From an uncultured Nitrososphaerales archaeon (lineage in GTDB: Archaea; Thermoproteota; Nitrososphaeria; Nitrososphaerales; Nitrososphaeraceae), in NCBI GenBank assembly GCA_963695855.1, contig CAVOHZ010000010.1, positions 1,344,001-1,408,000 on the forward strand: a DNA stretch of 64,000 nt. Direction: 5' to 3'. Shown here one piece after another: positions 33,068 through 44,398 of the stretch. A program made the position numbers and the translations under genes. Under the pieces are notes generated by a model that was not told where the DNA came from, searched no databases, and saw only the letters and a list, made by a program, of their open reading frames with translations. Numbering within the stretch: the stretch's first letter is position 1; every line of letters starts with the position of its first letter.

Positions 33068-33468
33068 TTCTAAGTTTATAAATACATAAATTTAAAAAGC
33101 ATCAACTACTGTAAATAAAAATAAATAACTTTTTCAGAAATATATATTTTCTAAGAGAATCTTTCGCAATTATATTATACTCAACTAGAATTTTTAGTAT
33201 TTCTTTTCTGTCTTTTTTAAAGTGATTCTTTGAATATTCTTTTCTGAAATTCTTATAAGATTCAGGAAATTTAAAATTAGCAGCAAAAAAAGACTTATGT
33301 TGTTCTGGATAAAAGTTTTTTAAAATACTATCTGCAATCTGCAATGTGATGATAATAATTGCTTGTTTTGAGAATTGAGGACATCTCTTTCAATATTGTT
33401 AATTGTTGTAGAGTTTAACTGTCGTCTTTCTTGAACCTCTTTTTTTCTATGCTTCTTGTATACTTAAT

Positions 33469-34518
33469 TGTTGTACTTACACAGATAGGTAACAGATTCA
33501 CTTACCAACATGGGTAACACTTTTTATCTGCTTATTTGTTTTGATATTCTTACAACTATTTAATCTTCCTTTCATAAGAAACATTTCAGATGGTGTGTGA
33601 CCATTGATTCCACCATGTTCTCTTGTTTCATTGTATGCTTTGACAAACATGGAATATCTTCTCTTTCCTTCTTCTCTGTTGGAAATATTTTCTATTGCCA
33701 AAAATTCATTTTTGACTATCTTGTTATATGCTTCAATTTTACCCTGTAGTTGTGGATATCTAGCAGGTATGGATTTATCTTTAATGTTGTTACGTTGTAG
33801 AAAACGTCTGAAGATTTTGGATGTAAGCTGTTTACCATTATCATGCAGTACCTTGAGAGGTTTACCATTCTCTACTATGTAGTCTTCCAGTACCTGTAGT
33901 ACATCTACACTTCGTTTTCTTTCAGACCAGTCACTTGTTACCTTTCTTGAACAGTCATCTTCACAACTGATAAAATAGTTCTTTTGAGTAGAATTCTCAA
34001 GGTAAAATGGTCCTAAAATGTCCATCTGTACCATTTGATTGGGTTTTTCCATTGCAAATCTTTTGTATTTTCTATTTCTGATCTTGCATCTTAGTATGTT
34101 CAGTCCATGTCTTTTCAGTATCTTGTAGATGGTTTTTGTACTGAAGGAGATATCATTCAGTCGTCTTAACCTGAACCTTATGCGATTGCAACCAAATCTT
34201 TTTGTTACACGTAAATCCAATATTTCCTGTTCTATCTCATTTGTTACTTTTCCAGGTTGTATATTATATGGTTTCCTACTTTTATCCCGTAAACCGTCTA
34301 TTCCATTCTCAAGGTACCTGTTCTTCCATTTGTAGTATGACTTTCTAGATGTATGATATCTATTACAGATATTAGTTACAGTATCTCCAGTCGACTCTTT
34401 CTCATGAATTAAATTAAATTTTGTTTGTAATTCTATTTTTGTATACACTTCCTAGCAGATTAGGAAGTGTTACCTATCTCGGTAAATGAAATTGTAACCT
34501 ATGTTGGTAAGTACAACA
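33469..34518 (-). mobile_element. IS481-family element, copy 1 (1050 bp)
   Basis: TGTTGTACTTAC...GTAAGTACAACA termini. Confidence 0.93.
33498..34448 (-). CDS. IS481-family transposase
   Basis: N-terminal HTH plus rve core (QMD, EDDCSR, HDNG, GKIE); GTG start. Confidence 0.93.
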   Translation of the reverse strand: MYTKIELQTKFNLIHEKESTGDTVTNICNRYHTSRKSYYKWKNRYLENGIDGLRDKSRKPYNIQPGKVTNEIEQEILDLRVTKRFGCNRIRFRLRRLNDISFSTKTIYKILKRHGLNILRCKIRNRKYKRFAMEKPNQMVQMDILGPFYLENSTQKNYFISCEDDCSRKVTSDWSERKRSVDVLQVLEDYIVENGKPLKVLHDNGKQLTSKIFRRFLQRNNIKDKSIPARYPQLQGKIEAYNKIVKNEFLAIENISNREEGKRRYSMFVKAYNETREHGGINGHTPSEMFLMKGRLNSCKNIKTNKQIKSVTHVGK

Positions 34519-34839
34519 ATTAAATCAAATTATTATCTTATCTTATTGCAACAGATAAGAAGAAACACACCTCTCTTCTGTGTTTTATATGGATATGATA
34601 AAAATTCCCTACAATATAATTAAGATTATATTAAAATAGGTATAAAGTAATAATAACTACCTAATAATGGTCACAGTATCTATAAATCAATCTTATATCA
34701 ATTACAAATAGATCGAAGAATATAAAAAAAATACACTTGAAATTGTATTGATACGGCTCCCAGAAGATAAGTTTTAAGGTAAACCCTAGTAACTGCATAC
34801 TGCTTGTAGAAAGATATTGAATTATACTTAATGCCTAGG

Positions 34840-35889
34840 TGTTGTACTTACACAGATAGGTAACAGATTCACTTACCAACATGGGTAACACTTTTTATCT
34901 GCTTATTTGTTTTGATATTCTTACAACTATTTAATCTTCCTTTCATAAGAAACATTTCAGATGGTGTGTGACCATTGATTCCACCATGTTCTCTTGTTTC
35001 ATTGTATGCTTTGACAAACATGGAATATCTTCTCTTTCCTTCTTCTCTGTTGGAAATATTTTCTATTGCCAAAAATTCATTTTTGACTATCTTGTTATAT
35101 GCTTCAATTTTACCCTGTAGTTGTGGATATCTAGCAGGTATGGATTTATCTTTAATGTTGTTACGTTGTAGAAAACGTCTGAATATTTTGGATGTAAGCT
35201 GTTTACCATTATCATGCAGTACCTTGAGAGGTTTACCATTCTCTACTATGTAGTCTTCCAGTACCTGTAGTACATCTACACTTCGTTTTCTTTCAGACCA
35301 GTCACTTGTTACCTTTCTTGAACAGTCATCTTCACAACTGATAAAATAGTTCTTTTGAGTAGAATTCTCAAGGTAAAATGGTCCTAAAATGTCCATCTGT
35401 ACCATTTGATTGGGTTTTTCCATTGCAAATCTTTTGTATTTTCTATTTCTGATCTTGCATCTTAGTATGTTCAGTCCATGTCTTTTCAGTATCTTGTAGA
35501 TGGTTTTTGTACTGAAGGAGATATCATTCAGTCGTCTTAACCTGAACCTTATGCGATTGCAACCAAATCTTTTTGTTACACGTAAATCCAATATTTCCTG
35601 TTCTATCTCATTTGTTACTTTTCCAGGTTGTATATTATATGGTTTCCTACTTTTATCCCGTAAACCGTCTATTCCATTCTCAAGGTACCTGTTCTTCCAT
35701 TTGTAGTATGACTTTCTAGATGTATGATATCTATTACAGATATTAGTTACAGTATCTCCAGTCGACTCTTTCTCATGAATTAAATTAAATTTTGTTTGTA
35801 ATTCTATTTTTGTATACACTTCCTAGCAGATTAGGAAGTGTTACCTATCTCGGTAAATGAAATTGTAACCTATGTTGGTAAGTACAACA
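34840..35889 (-). mobile_element. IS481-family element, copy 2 (1050 bp)
   Basis: Same termini; only one difference from copy 1 noticed. Confidence 0.93.
34869..35819 (-). CDS. IS481-family transposase
   Basis: Protein identical to 33498-34448. Confidence 0.93.
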   Translation of the reverse strand: MYTKIELQTKFNLIHEKESTGDTVTNICNRYHTSRKSYYKWKNRYLENGIDGLRDKSRKPYNIQPGKVTNEIEQEILDLRVTKRFGCNRIRFRLRRLNDISFSTKTIYKILKRHGLNILRCKIRNRKYKRFAMEKPNQMVQMDILGPFYLENSTQKNYFISCEDDCSRKVTSDWSERKRSVDVLQVLEDYIVENGKPLKVLHDNGKQLTSKIFRRFLQRNNIKDKSIPARYPQLQGKIEAYNKIVKNEFLAIENISNREEGKRRYSMFVKAYNETREHGGINGHTPSEMFLMKGRLNSCKNIKTNKQIKSVTHVGK

Positions 35890-36176
35890 TGTAACTAACC
35901 ATAATCATATCAAATTACGTATAAAAATAAGATATATTTATGAGTAAACTGGTACACCAACGTTCATCAGGAAGTTAGGCCGTTTATGTAAACACATCTT
36001 AATTTGATGTTATTCAGCTTTAAACTTGTATGAAACATTTGCCAATACGAGCGAATAAATTTCTCAAAATGGTAAATGCTAATTTACTAGAATTGTCAAT
36101 TTGTGTATTTACATAATTGTTAACCAAGTTAACTCCGCTAATTTTTGTTAAAGCGAGTAGAATGACGTTTTTACAG

Positions 36177-36548
36177 TTAGACAGCATTGATTTTCCAAGT
36201 ATCATCGACCCAAACGCCAACAACTTTGACACCTAGATTCCATGAAGAGATAACTTCAATTCCTTTTTTAATTTGAGTAATATGTTCTTCATTGGATACA
36301 GGGTTTCCTGCACAATCATAATGACCAGACACTATAATCAATTCTGATTCGTGTTTATTGATTGATATTCCTACTTTGGTTTTAATTGATTCAAGATCAG
36401 TATTGTCTGCAACTTGTTTATCAATTCCGGGTTCTGTGATGGTATCAACATAGTCTACAGAAAAATTTTCTTTAATCCAATTAGTTAAGGGAATCTGAAT
36501 TCTCCCATCAATACATGAAACAGATGTTGCAAATTTTCCTTTAGCCAT
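36177..36548 (-). CDS. Putative small beta-class-like carbonic anhydrase
   Basis: SCIDGR and GHYDCAG zinc-ligand motifs. Confidence 0.75.
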   Translation of the reverse strand: MAKGKFATSVSCIDGRIQIPLTNWIKENFSVDYVDTITEPGIDKQVADNTDLESIKTKVGISINKHESELIIVSGHYDCAGNPVSNEEHITQIKKGIEVISSWNLGVKVVGVWVDDTWKINAV

Positions 36549-36792
36549 GACTTAATAGAATCATTCTAGTTTAAAATCATTTTTGATACAAAAGACATTG
36601 TGAGGTATGATCATTTACCATAGCTATAACTTGCATTAATGCATAACATATTGCAGGTCCAACAAGAATAAATCTACGTTTTTTGAGACCCTTGCTTACC
36701 TTTTCAGAAATTTCCGCTGATGCAGACAATTGAGTTTTTTGAATTTATAGATAATTTTAGCTCAATTTGTCATCCACATGTTGTTTATTATG

Positions 36793-36925
36793 TGTTGTAC
36801 TTGCTAACATAGGTTACAATTTCATTTACTGACATGAGTAACACTTGCTAGTTCTGCTAGGAAGTGTATACAAAAATAGAATTACAAACAAGATATAATT
36901 TAATTCATGAGAAAGAATGGACTAG
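36793..36925 (+). mobile_element. IS481 left-end remnant
   Basis: tgttgtacttgctaacataggttacaat...gtgtatacaaaaatagaattacaaaca is a diverged inverted copy of the IS481 5' end. Confidence 0.85.
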
Positions 36926-37469
36926 ATCACGAAAAGATGATAATAAGGAAAAGTGAAAAAATAAGATATAAGGCTCGAATTGTGCGCGCGAATCTTTCTA
37001 AATGTAATTTTGTTGTAATTTTAAAAGATCATAATATATCTGATTTTTTCTAGATTCCAAATTGTTTCATTTTTTTAACTGAGTTATCCTAATTTTATTA
37101 AAGGTAAATCTTGTGCAGGTTTAACTTCAGTGACTACTTCTTTTTGATATAGGTTATTTTCTTTTATACTTGTAAACAATTTAAAAAATGCAAGCATATT
37201 ATCAATATAAGCTTCGGACTGATAGGATCTTGTGTTTATTTTGAAGCTTGAGATAGTCTTTGTAAATATCGATAACTTTTTCACGCTAATATTTAATTTG
37301 GCAATTTGTAAGAGTATTTTATTGTTCTATTAAAGTAGGTGGGCCCTAGAAAGCACCGGGCCCGTCGGGAGTAGTGCCCTCCATGTAGTAGGGTTCTACT
37401 ACCTTATGGATTTTATTGTTTGAAACTTAAATTGTATTGTAGTGGGAATACATTCCATTTAGATAAACC

Positions 37470-37950
37470 CCGTATTATCTACTAAGGCATAGAAGATAAA
37501 AGGTCTTTTGAATGTATTTGGTGTCTATGATCATACTAACTATACAATGTTTACTCACTCTTATAGAAACAAGACCGGTGACCAATTTATAGACTTCATA
37601 AGAAGGGTTGATTCAAGATATGATTCTAGCATTCAAACGATCTTTGTTGTATAAGATAATGACTCAATACGCTGGTAAAAAAAGACAACAAATGCAATAA
37701 GAAGACGTTACCATCCCAGAATAGTTCTTGTGTTCTGCCAACCAGATCTCCAGAACTGAACCCTATAGAAGTACGATGGATGTGGTTACAGAGAAAAGCA
37801 ATAAACAACTCTACATTTAGAAATGAATCTGATATTGGAAAAGCAGTATCTGATTGGACATGTAACTACAATAACACTCTCATCATGGCAGTATAACTAG
37901 AAACAGTTTACATAATGAACTCATGTGTTTGTTGACATGACTGTTAAGAT
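37470..37950 (+). pseudogene. IS630-family transposase fragment
   Basis: LNVFGVYD, FIDFIRRVD, LPTRSPELNPIEVRWMWLQRK. Confidence 0.85.
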
Positions 37951-38003
37951 GTTAAGGAAACTTTAAGCTGCCTTACCCCTTAGAAGGCATAAAGAATTAA
38001 CAA

Positions 38004-38294
38004 GTGGATTTTTATAGAACATCTGACTATAATTTACACTTGGATGCATATCTAGAAGAGGAATTATATGATATTTTGACATTTTGTATTACGAATTCTA
38101 ACGAAAGCGAAAAAATTATGGACCAAAAGAAAAGGTTTGTTGATATTGGACAAGAACTTTATTCTGATGGTGGAATCGATGCTTTGGAAAACATGTTTTT
38201 TGCCATCAATAATCGAATAGAAGGAGAACTAAATACGGATGCAAATAAATACAAATCATGGTGGAATGGAATAACTGAAAAATGGAACTTTTAA
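38004..38294 (+). CDS. Hypothetical protein
   Basis: IGQELYSDGGIDALENMF...WWNGI; 96 aa. Confidence 0.65.
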   Translation: MDFYRTSDYNLHLDAYLEEELYDILTFCITNSNESEKIMDQKKRFVDIGQELYSDGGIDALENMFFAINNRIEGELNTDANKYKSWWNGITEKWNF

Positions 38295-39109
38295 ACCGAA
38301 ATGGGCTTACAATGTATAATTCAATCTATTACTTCAGAATAATTTTTTTAACATCCAAAATAAATATAATTTCTAGATCAAAAACTGATTATCAACAACA
38401 AATTCATACGATAGACAATAGTTTACAAGATGGGTAAATGTTCAAAATTTAAGTTTAACGAATAAAATATCGGCTCTGACGATATGAAAATCTTTTAGTC
38501 TGTTTCATTACTGTATTCAATAAAATTTATAGATATGAAAATAAAATATGCCTCTCTAGGTCCAGAATAGTTTGCACGTGTGACGAAGACTACTGTCACA
38601 TGCAAATCGCCACATCTTTAAAACAAATTTTGTACTTTAAGAATAGAGATCATAAATAATATAATGATAGATTAGCACATGAGAAAAAATATGACATACA
38701 AAATATAGTCTCTCTCAGGGTCTAGAATAATTTCTACGTGTGACAGTCCTATGATATACAAAGAATTTGTTTTAGATAGAATGATGCAATTATTTCTAAG
38801 GATTTTAGATTTTTTACAATGCATATATCTTCAGTGGATTAAGAGATTGTACTTCGTTAATTCTAATACTTTTAGGCGCCTAAAATTTTTACTTCTTTTA
38901 ACAAGCAAGCTATTATATTCATTTATGATTATTATTATACTTTCAAATTAGCAAATTCAAAAATTAACAAAATTAAGAATTTCAATGTTGTGGATTATTA
39001 TGTAGATTATATGATTATTTATCGTTTCTATAAAAACAATAATCAATATGTATGATATTTTACAGCTATCTTAAATATTCTTTTATATGTACAATAAAAA
39101 TTATATATT

Positions 39110-39274
39110 ATGTTAAAGAAATGTTCAAAATGCGAAGAGAGTTTTGAATGTAAAGAATCTAATACATGTTGGTGTAACAAGATTGAATATATATCTATTA
39201 TGAATGGTAATAATAAAGTAGACTGTTTTTGTAAAAATTGTCTTTTAGAAAAGATTAGTAAATCAAATAGATAA
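39110..39274 (+). CDS. Cysteine-rich CWC-family small protein (54 aa, not in the ORF track)
   Basis: MLKKCSKCEESFECKESNTCWCNK...DCFCKNCL. Confidence 0.8.
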   Translation: MLKKCSKCEESFECKESNTCWCNKIEYISIMNGNNKVDCFCKNCLLEKISKSNR

Positions 39275-39355
39275 AATTTGATTATTTAGTAGTAGAAATT
39301 TTGATTGAAGAAAACAAGTTTGTGTGCTTCCTGGTTAGATAATATACAAATAGTG

Positions 39356-40297
39356 CTATATTAGATAATATACAAATAGTGCTATATAAATGCCTCCAGC
39401 AATAATCAGAGGATAATAGGGAATTAAATAATTAGATGATACAAATAAAGAATGTTTCAATTCAACTATAAATGGAACATATGTGAACATCCATAATCCA
39501 CCAAATAATACAAATCCAACAAGTTTATTTTTATTATATAAAAATGCTGGTAAAATAGTTCCTAATAATAGGTATGGAAATGTAAAGGTAATATTTGGAT
39601 TAGCAATTATAGTGGAAATTATTATTGAGAAAGCAAATACTCCTGCAATATATACTGGATTAATATTGTTGTTTACATTGCCATAATATACAATTGATAA
39701 CGATAGTATTGGCATTACAATAAAGGAAATTATCAAAGATACAAACGGAGGAGGAATAATATAAAAAGATGTATCCACAGATTTAACTGAAACTAAAGAA
39801 AACATCAACAACAGAAAAGTTATAGATAGCCACAAAACTCCAAGACTAATAGTTTGACCACAAATCTTTGAATAAGCAATAGTAGTAGTTGACGGCAATT
39901 TTTGAAAATGTTTAAAGATCATGAATGAATATAAAATTGGTATAAAAGAGAGCATCACATGTGGAAGACTTAAAAAACTATCGAAACCAAAATTATCATG
40001 CCAGAGCAAATCAAAATATCCAGATAATAGTTGACATGCAGGTATTACAGCAAACAAAAAATATTTTGGACAAATAATAGTAATAATTACACCTATTAAG
40101 AAAACAAGAAATAAGCTAGAATATATCACCAGATGTGCAGGCTGAAAGAAATTATCAACTTCATTGAGAGAATGGTAGGTAATATCCCAATATGCTCCTG
40201 TGATACCTGAAAAAAGCAAAATTATGAGTATGACAAAAAGATAATTTAGTATTTTATCTTTTTTATATTGAAAATATTCTACTAAATTATCAGCCAA
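39356..40297 (-). CDS. Polytopic membrane protein with two DxxxH-x12-H motifs
   Basis: WDITYHSLNEVDNFFQPAH and FDLLWHDNFGFDSFLSLPH; 26-bp duplication at the 3' end. Confidence 0.75.
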   Translation of the reverse strand: MADNLVEYFQYKKDKILNYLFVILIILLFSGITGAYWDITYHSLNEVDNFFQPAHLVIYSSLFLVFLIGVIITIICPKYFLFAVIPACQLLSGYFDLLWHDNFGFDSFLSLPHVMLSFIPILYSFMIFKHFQKLPSTTTIAYSKICGQTISLGVLWLSITFLLLMFSLVSVKSVDTSFYIIPPPFVSLIISFIVMPILSLSIVYYGNVNNNINPVYIAGVFAFSIIISTIIANPNITFTFPYLLLGTILPAFLYNKNKLVGFVLFGGLWMFTYVPFIVELKHSLFVSSNYLIPYYPLIIAGGIYIALFVYYLI

Positions 40298-40896
40298 TAT
40301 TCACATTCAATATTATCTATCTATATAATAAAAGTAATGATATGTGAAATATTAATCGAAATTATTTTTTATGATAAGAATAGATAATATAGTAAATAGT
40401 ATTATTATTTACATTAATTTATTTAAAATTGATGATTGTAATCAATAATAATAATGCTTTAAATTGATAATATAAAATAAGAGGATAACAAAAAACTAAA
40501 AAATATATAATAAATATTTTTTAATCCTTCTCAATGTTCTATTATTATAAAAAAAAATTAAGAAATGGTTACTTCTGAGTTCAAAATACTTTGAGTGTGA
40601 CAAAACTATATTGTCACATGCAAGTCGTTACATCTTTAAAACAAATTTGTTACTTTAAAAATGGAGAACAGAAATAATTTAATGTTAGATTAGCATATGA
40701 GGAAAAATAATGGCATACAGAATATAGTCTCTCTCTGGGTCCAAAATAGTTTTTAGGTGTGACAGTTTTCATGTGACAGTGTGACGCTAAAAGTAAATTC
40801 ACCACTGAAAGATAGAGATAAAAATATTCATATGAAAAAATATTTTATTTAGAGAAAAGAATTGTTATCTATATCTATATTATAATATAGACTATC

Positions 40897-41427
40897 ATGA
40901 GCAATTCTAATGAAAAAGATAAAAAATTAGATCTGATTAAAGAAAACTTTAATCATGCTAGACATGTAGAAAATGAAAGGTTACAGTTTGCTCAGATTTA
41001 TGGTGCAATCGTAGCGGGTTCTTTTGCTTTATCTTCAACAGGAGAGATGTCGATTCAAATATACGGTACTTTATTAATATTATTATATATTATAGGATGG
41101 TTCGGCTTTATATTAACAATCAAGCTCTCTTATGAGTTCGATAATCATATAGAAAGAAATCATAAACTTGCAATGACTGATGAAACTATCAGTAAGTATT
41201 TGGCATTCCCACTAGATAGTGGAATCTTTAAAGTGTTAAAAGCAAAATATGTGTTCTTTTTGTTTTACATTGGAATATGTGATTACTTGCTATATTTGCT
41301 AGTGCATATTTTTTTGAAGCAATATTGGTATCTTATTGTAGTAACAATAATTATGTTAATAATAGTTCTCTTGGCTGATCAAGAATTTAAAAAACATCAA
41401 AATAGATACGCAAAAGAGAAAATGTGA
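40897..41427 (+). CDS. Four-TM hypothetical membrane protein
   Basis: ENFNHARHVENER followed by hydrophobic helices. Confidence 0.7.
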   Translation: MSNSNEKDKKLDLIKENFNHARHVENERLQFAQIYGAIVAGSFALSSTGEMSIQIYGTLLILLYIIGWFGFILTIKLSYEFDNHIERNHKLAMTDETISKYLAFPLDSGIFKVLKAKYVFFLFYIGICDYLLYLLVHIFLKQYWYLIVVTIIMLIIVLLADQEFKKHQNRYAKEKM

Positions 41428-42373
41428 GATAAAAAGAAAATGACATCTTATAAGAAATTTATTAAATTAATGCATCTCTGTTTTCAAAATATTTTCAAGG
41501 TGTGACACTGTCACATGGTCATGGTTTGTCACATGCTGAAAACAAATCCACCCTCCCCAGAGGCAGACAAAAATATTTTCAATGGTAAACTAAATAATAA
41601 GTTTGTAATATAGTTTGTCAGAATATGCTGTTGACGGCATTAAAATTCAGATAAAGAAGAAAATCCAAAAGAGAATAAAAAATAACTTCTCTCTAGGTCT
41701 AAAATACTTTCTTCGTGTGACGCTGTCACATGAACATTGTCACACGCTGAAAGCAAATTTACCCCCAGAGCGGGATATAAAAATAAAATTCTTTACGATA
41801 AACTCAGTTATTGTAGATTAATAGAATTTGTTGACGATATCGCTGAAATTCGGATAAAGATAATAAAAACAAGAGAATAAAATATTGTCTCTCTCTGGGT
41901 TCAGAAAATTTTCACCTTATGACATAAGTAGATGTCACACAATATTTTAAAAAGTTTCACTGAATATAAATTGATATAACTACTAAGGTTTAAGCATTAT
42001 TGAGATAATATAAAGCTCTATTTGAAGTGGTTCAGTGGGATTTGAATCCTTCTATAAAGTGGAACCGGTTATTATTTTTTAAAATATCTTGAAATTCCTC
42101 ATACACTCATTTCCAAATTTTCTAAATTATAGTTTGAATATTGTAAGCTATTGATGTAAGTTTTCAAAATTTGTTATTATGATTTTTAATATAAGCAATA
42201 CCAATAATACCCAAGAAAAATGTGTCCATTAAAAGAAAGTGTAAATTATATTCTTTTTATCAAAATGATGAAAAGTCATGATGGTGGTGAATATAGTAAA
42301 GATATTTTGCTATATCTAATATGAAGAGGACATTTTTTCCATCACTGTTCTAATAAATCCATATAATGTTATC

Positions 42374-44398
42374 TTGGAAATGGTAATACTAACTGACTCA
42401 AGTAATATCTCTTTTATTGAACATTCAGGCCAGATTACAAAGAATAGATATAATACCAAAAACCAAACTTTCAATAGTGCCTATAATGAAAAAAGTTCCT
42501 ATTTTGTCAACGAGGAAAAGTTCAATTATACTATTGGTCCTGTATTAATTGCCAATTTGATAAAAAATACGCATATCAAATCTATCTTCTCATGTGATGT
42601 TCTTATTATAGGTAGTGGCTCTGCAGGTCTTAGATCTGCAATTGAAGCTCATGATTCCGGTGTCGACAATGTTCTCATAATTAGTCAAAGTAGGAAAGGT
42701 GATCCTCATACTGTACTTGCGAGAGGTGGCATCAATGCACCGCTAGGTACTATGGATCCTGAAGACAATTGGATGATACATGCTGCTGATACCCTACGTG
42801 AGGGCCAGTTTCTTGCGGATTATGAACGAGTTGAAGTATTATGCAAAAATGCGTCTGATGCTATAAATGAATTGGTTAACTGGGGAGCTAGATTTCATAG
42901 AGAGAAAGACGGTAGATTAACACAACGATTTTTCGGAGCCCATACTTATAGAAGAACTGTATTTTACCAAGATTGGACTGGAAAGGAAATAATTCACGTA
43001 TTAATGCAACAAATTAATCAGCGACAAATTGAAATTCTTGACGATATCTACATCCTAAAATTATTAAAAGCAGACATTGTAAATGTAAAAGGGGAAAAAG
43101 AAGAAACAAAAATTATGGGAGCATTTGGAGTAGATTTCAAAAAGAAAGAATTTGTGATATTTAAATGCAGAGCTTTAATACTTGCGTCTGGTGGATATAC
43201 TCGAGTCTACGATATTAGTAGTTCTCGAATTTTTGAAAACTTTGGAGAAGGTTTAGTTTTTGCATATGAAGCAGGAGCAGATTTAGTAGATATGGAAATG
43301 GTACAATTCCATCCTACAGGAATGGTTTGGCCAGAGAAAGCATTGGGTACCTTAGCTACTGAAGCAATACGTGGAGAAGGAGGTATTTTGTTAAATTCAA
43401 AAGGTGAAAGATACATGAAAAATTACTATCCTGAAAGAATGGAACTAGGACCTCGTGATGTAGTAGCTCGCGCTACCTATAATGAAATAGTCTCTGGAAG
43501 AGGCACTAAACATGGGGGAGTTTGGTTAGATGTAACTCATCTTCCAAAAGAAAAAATTTTGGAAAGACTTTCCACTATGTACGAACAATTCAAAAATATG
43601 AATGGAATTGATATATCCAAAGACAAAATGGAAGTTGGGCCTACGGCACATTACTCAATGGGCGGAATAGTGGTAGATATGAAATGTAGAACAAAGATTA
43701 TAGGTTTATTTGCGGTAGGAGAAATAATAAGCCAGATCCATGGTGCTAATCGTTTAGGTGGAAATAGTTTACTGGATACTATAGTTTTTGGAAAAATTGC
43801 TGGTTATGAAGCTGCAATGTTTGCAAAGGAAAATAGTGAAACGCAGAAAAGAGAAGAAAAAAAGGAAACAAGATCGTCATTGTTAAAATTTAATATAAAA
43901 GATAAAAAAAAGGAAATTGATGTCATTGATATTGGTATTGATGATGATATCTTTATAGTTAAGGAACCAATTATGTTTCTAAATGAAATACAAGAATTAA
44001 TGAATCAGAATGCTGGAATAATAAGGGAAGAGACAAAGCTCAAGAAGGGTTTAAAAAGAATTTTAGAATTAAAAAAAGAGTTTTATTCTAACGATAAAAT
44101 AATAAAAGAATTTAAAATTGATCATGAAAATATTGTTTTAACTCGGGAAGTAAAGTCATCATTGGTTATTTGTGAGGCCATAATAAAAAGTGCCCTTATG
44201 CGACAAGAGAGCAGAGGAGCTCATTACAGGTCTGATTTTCCAAATTCTGATGATGATAACTGGAAGGTAAATATTTATTGCAGAGCAGAAGGAAAGGAAA
44301 TGATTTTATTTAAACAGAATGTTAAAGAAATTAAAGGACCATTAGTAGATTTGGTCAAAAATCATACCAAATTTGAACATCATCGAGAATTTGAATAA
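42374..44398 (+). CDS. SdhA/FrdA/NadB-family flavoprotein (stand-alone)
   Basis: IGSGSAG, HTVLARGGIN, VQFHPTG, ELGPRDVV, AHYSMGG, HGANRLGGNSL, ESRGAHYRSD; true start uncertain. Confidence 0.9.
   Translation: MEMVILTDSSNISFIEHSGQITKNRYNTKNQTFNSAYNEKSSYFVNEEKFNYTIGPVLIANLIKNTHIKSIFSCDVLIIGSGSAGLRSAIEAHDSGVDNVLIISQSRKGDPHTVLARGGINAPLGTMDPEDNWMIHAADTLREGQFLADYERVEVLCKNASDAINELVNWGARFHREKDGRLTQRFFGAHTYRRTVFYQDWTGKEIIHVLMQQINQRQIEILDDIYILKLLKADIVNVKGEKEETKIMGAFGVDFKKKEFVIFKCRALILASGGYTRVYDISSSRIFENFGEGLVFAYEAGADLVDMEMVQFHPTGMVWPEKALGTLATEAIRGEGGILLNSKGERYMKNYYPERMELGPRDVVARATYNEIVSGRGTKHGGVWLDVTHLPKEKILERLSTMYEQFKNMNGIDISKDKMEVGPTAHYSMGGIVVDMKCRTKIIGLFAVGEIISQIHGANRLGGNSLLDTIVFGKIAGYEAAMFAKENSETQKREEKKETRSSLLKFNIKDKKKEIDVIDIGIDDDIFIVKEPIMFLNEIQELMNQNAGIIREETKLKKGLKRILELKKEFYSNDKIIKEFKIDHENIVLTREVKSSLVICEAIIKSALMRQESRGAHYRSDFPNSDDDNWKVNIYCRAEGKEMILFKQNVKEIKGPLVDLVKNHTKFEHHREFE

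Larger units (their letters stand above)
38545..41945. repeat. Seven-copy CTCTCT-GGT-CAAAATA...GTGTGAC-N3-11-GTCACA repeat array with interspersed genes
   Basis: GTGTGAC at 38578, 38738, 40595, 40757, 41500, 41715 and TATGAC at 41918, each preceded by the same ~28-nt motif. Confidence 0.85.

Noticed and set aside
39356-40297. amoC
   Set aside because: Only the metal-motif spacing is shared; length, duplicated motif and remaining sequence do not resemble archaeal AmoC
38545-41945. CRISPR array or CRP-type TGTGA-N6-TCACA sites
   Set aside because: Units are degenerate, 160-215 bp apart with homologous intervals, and half-site spacing varies
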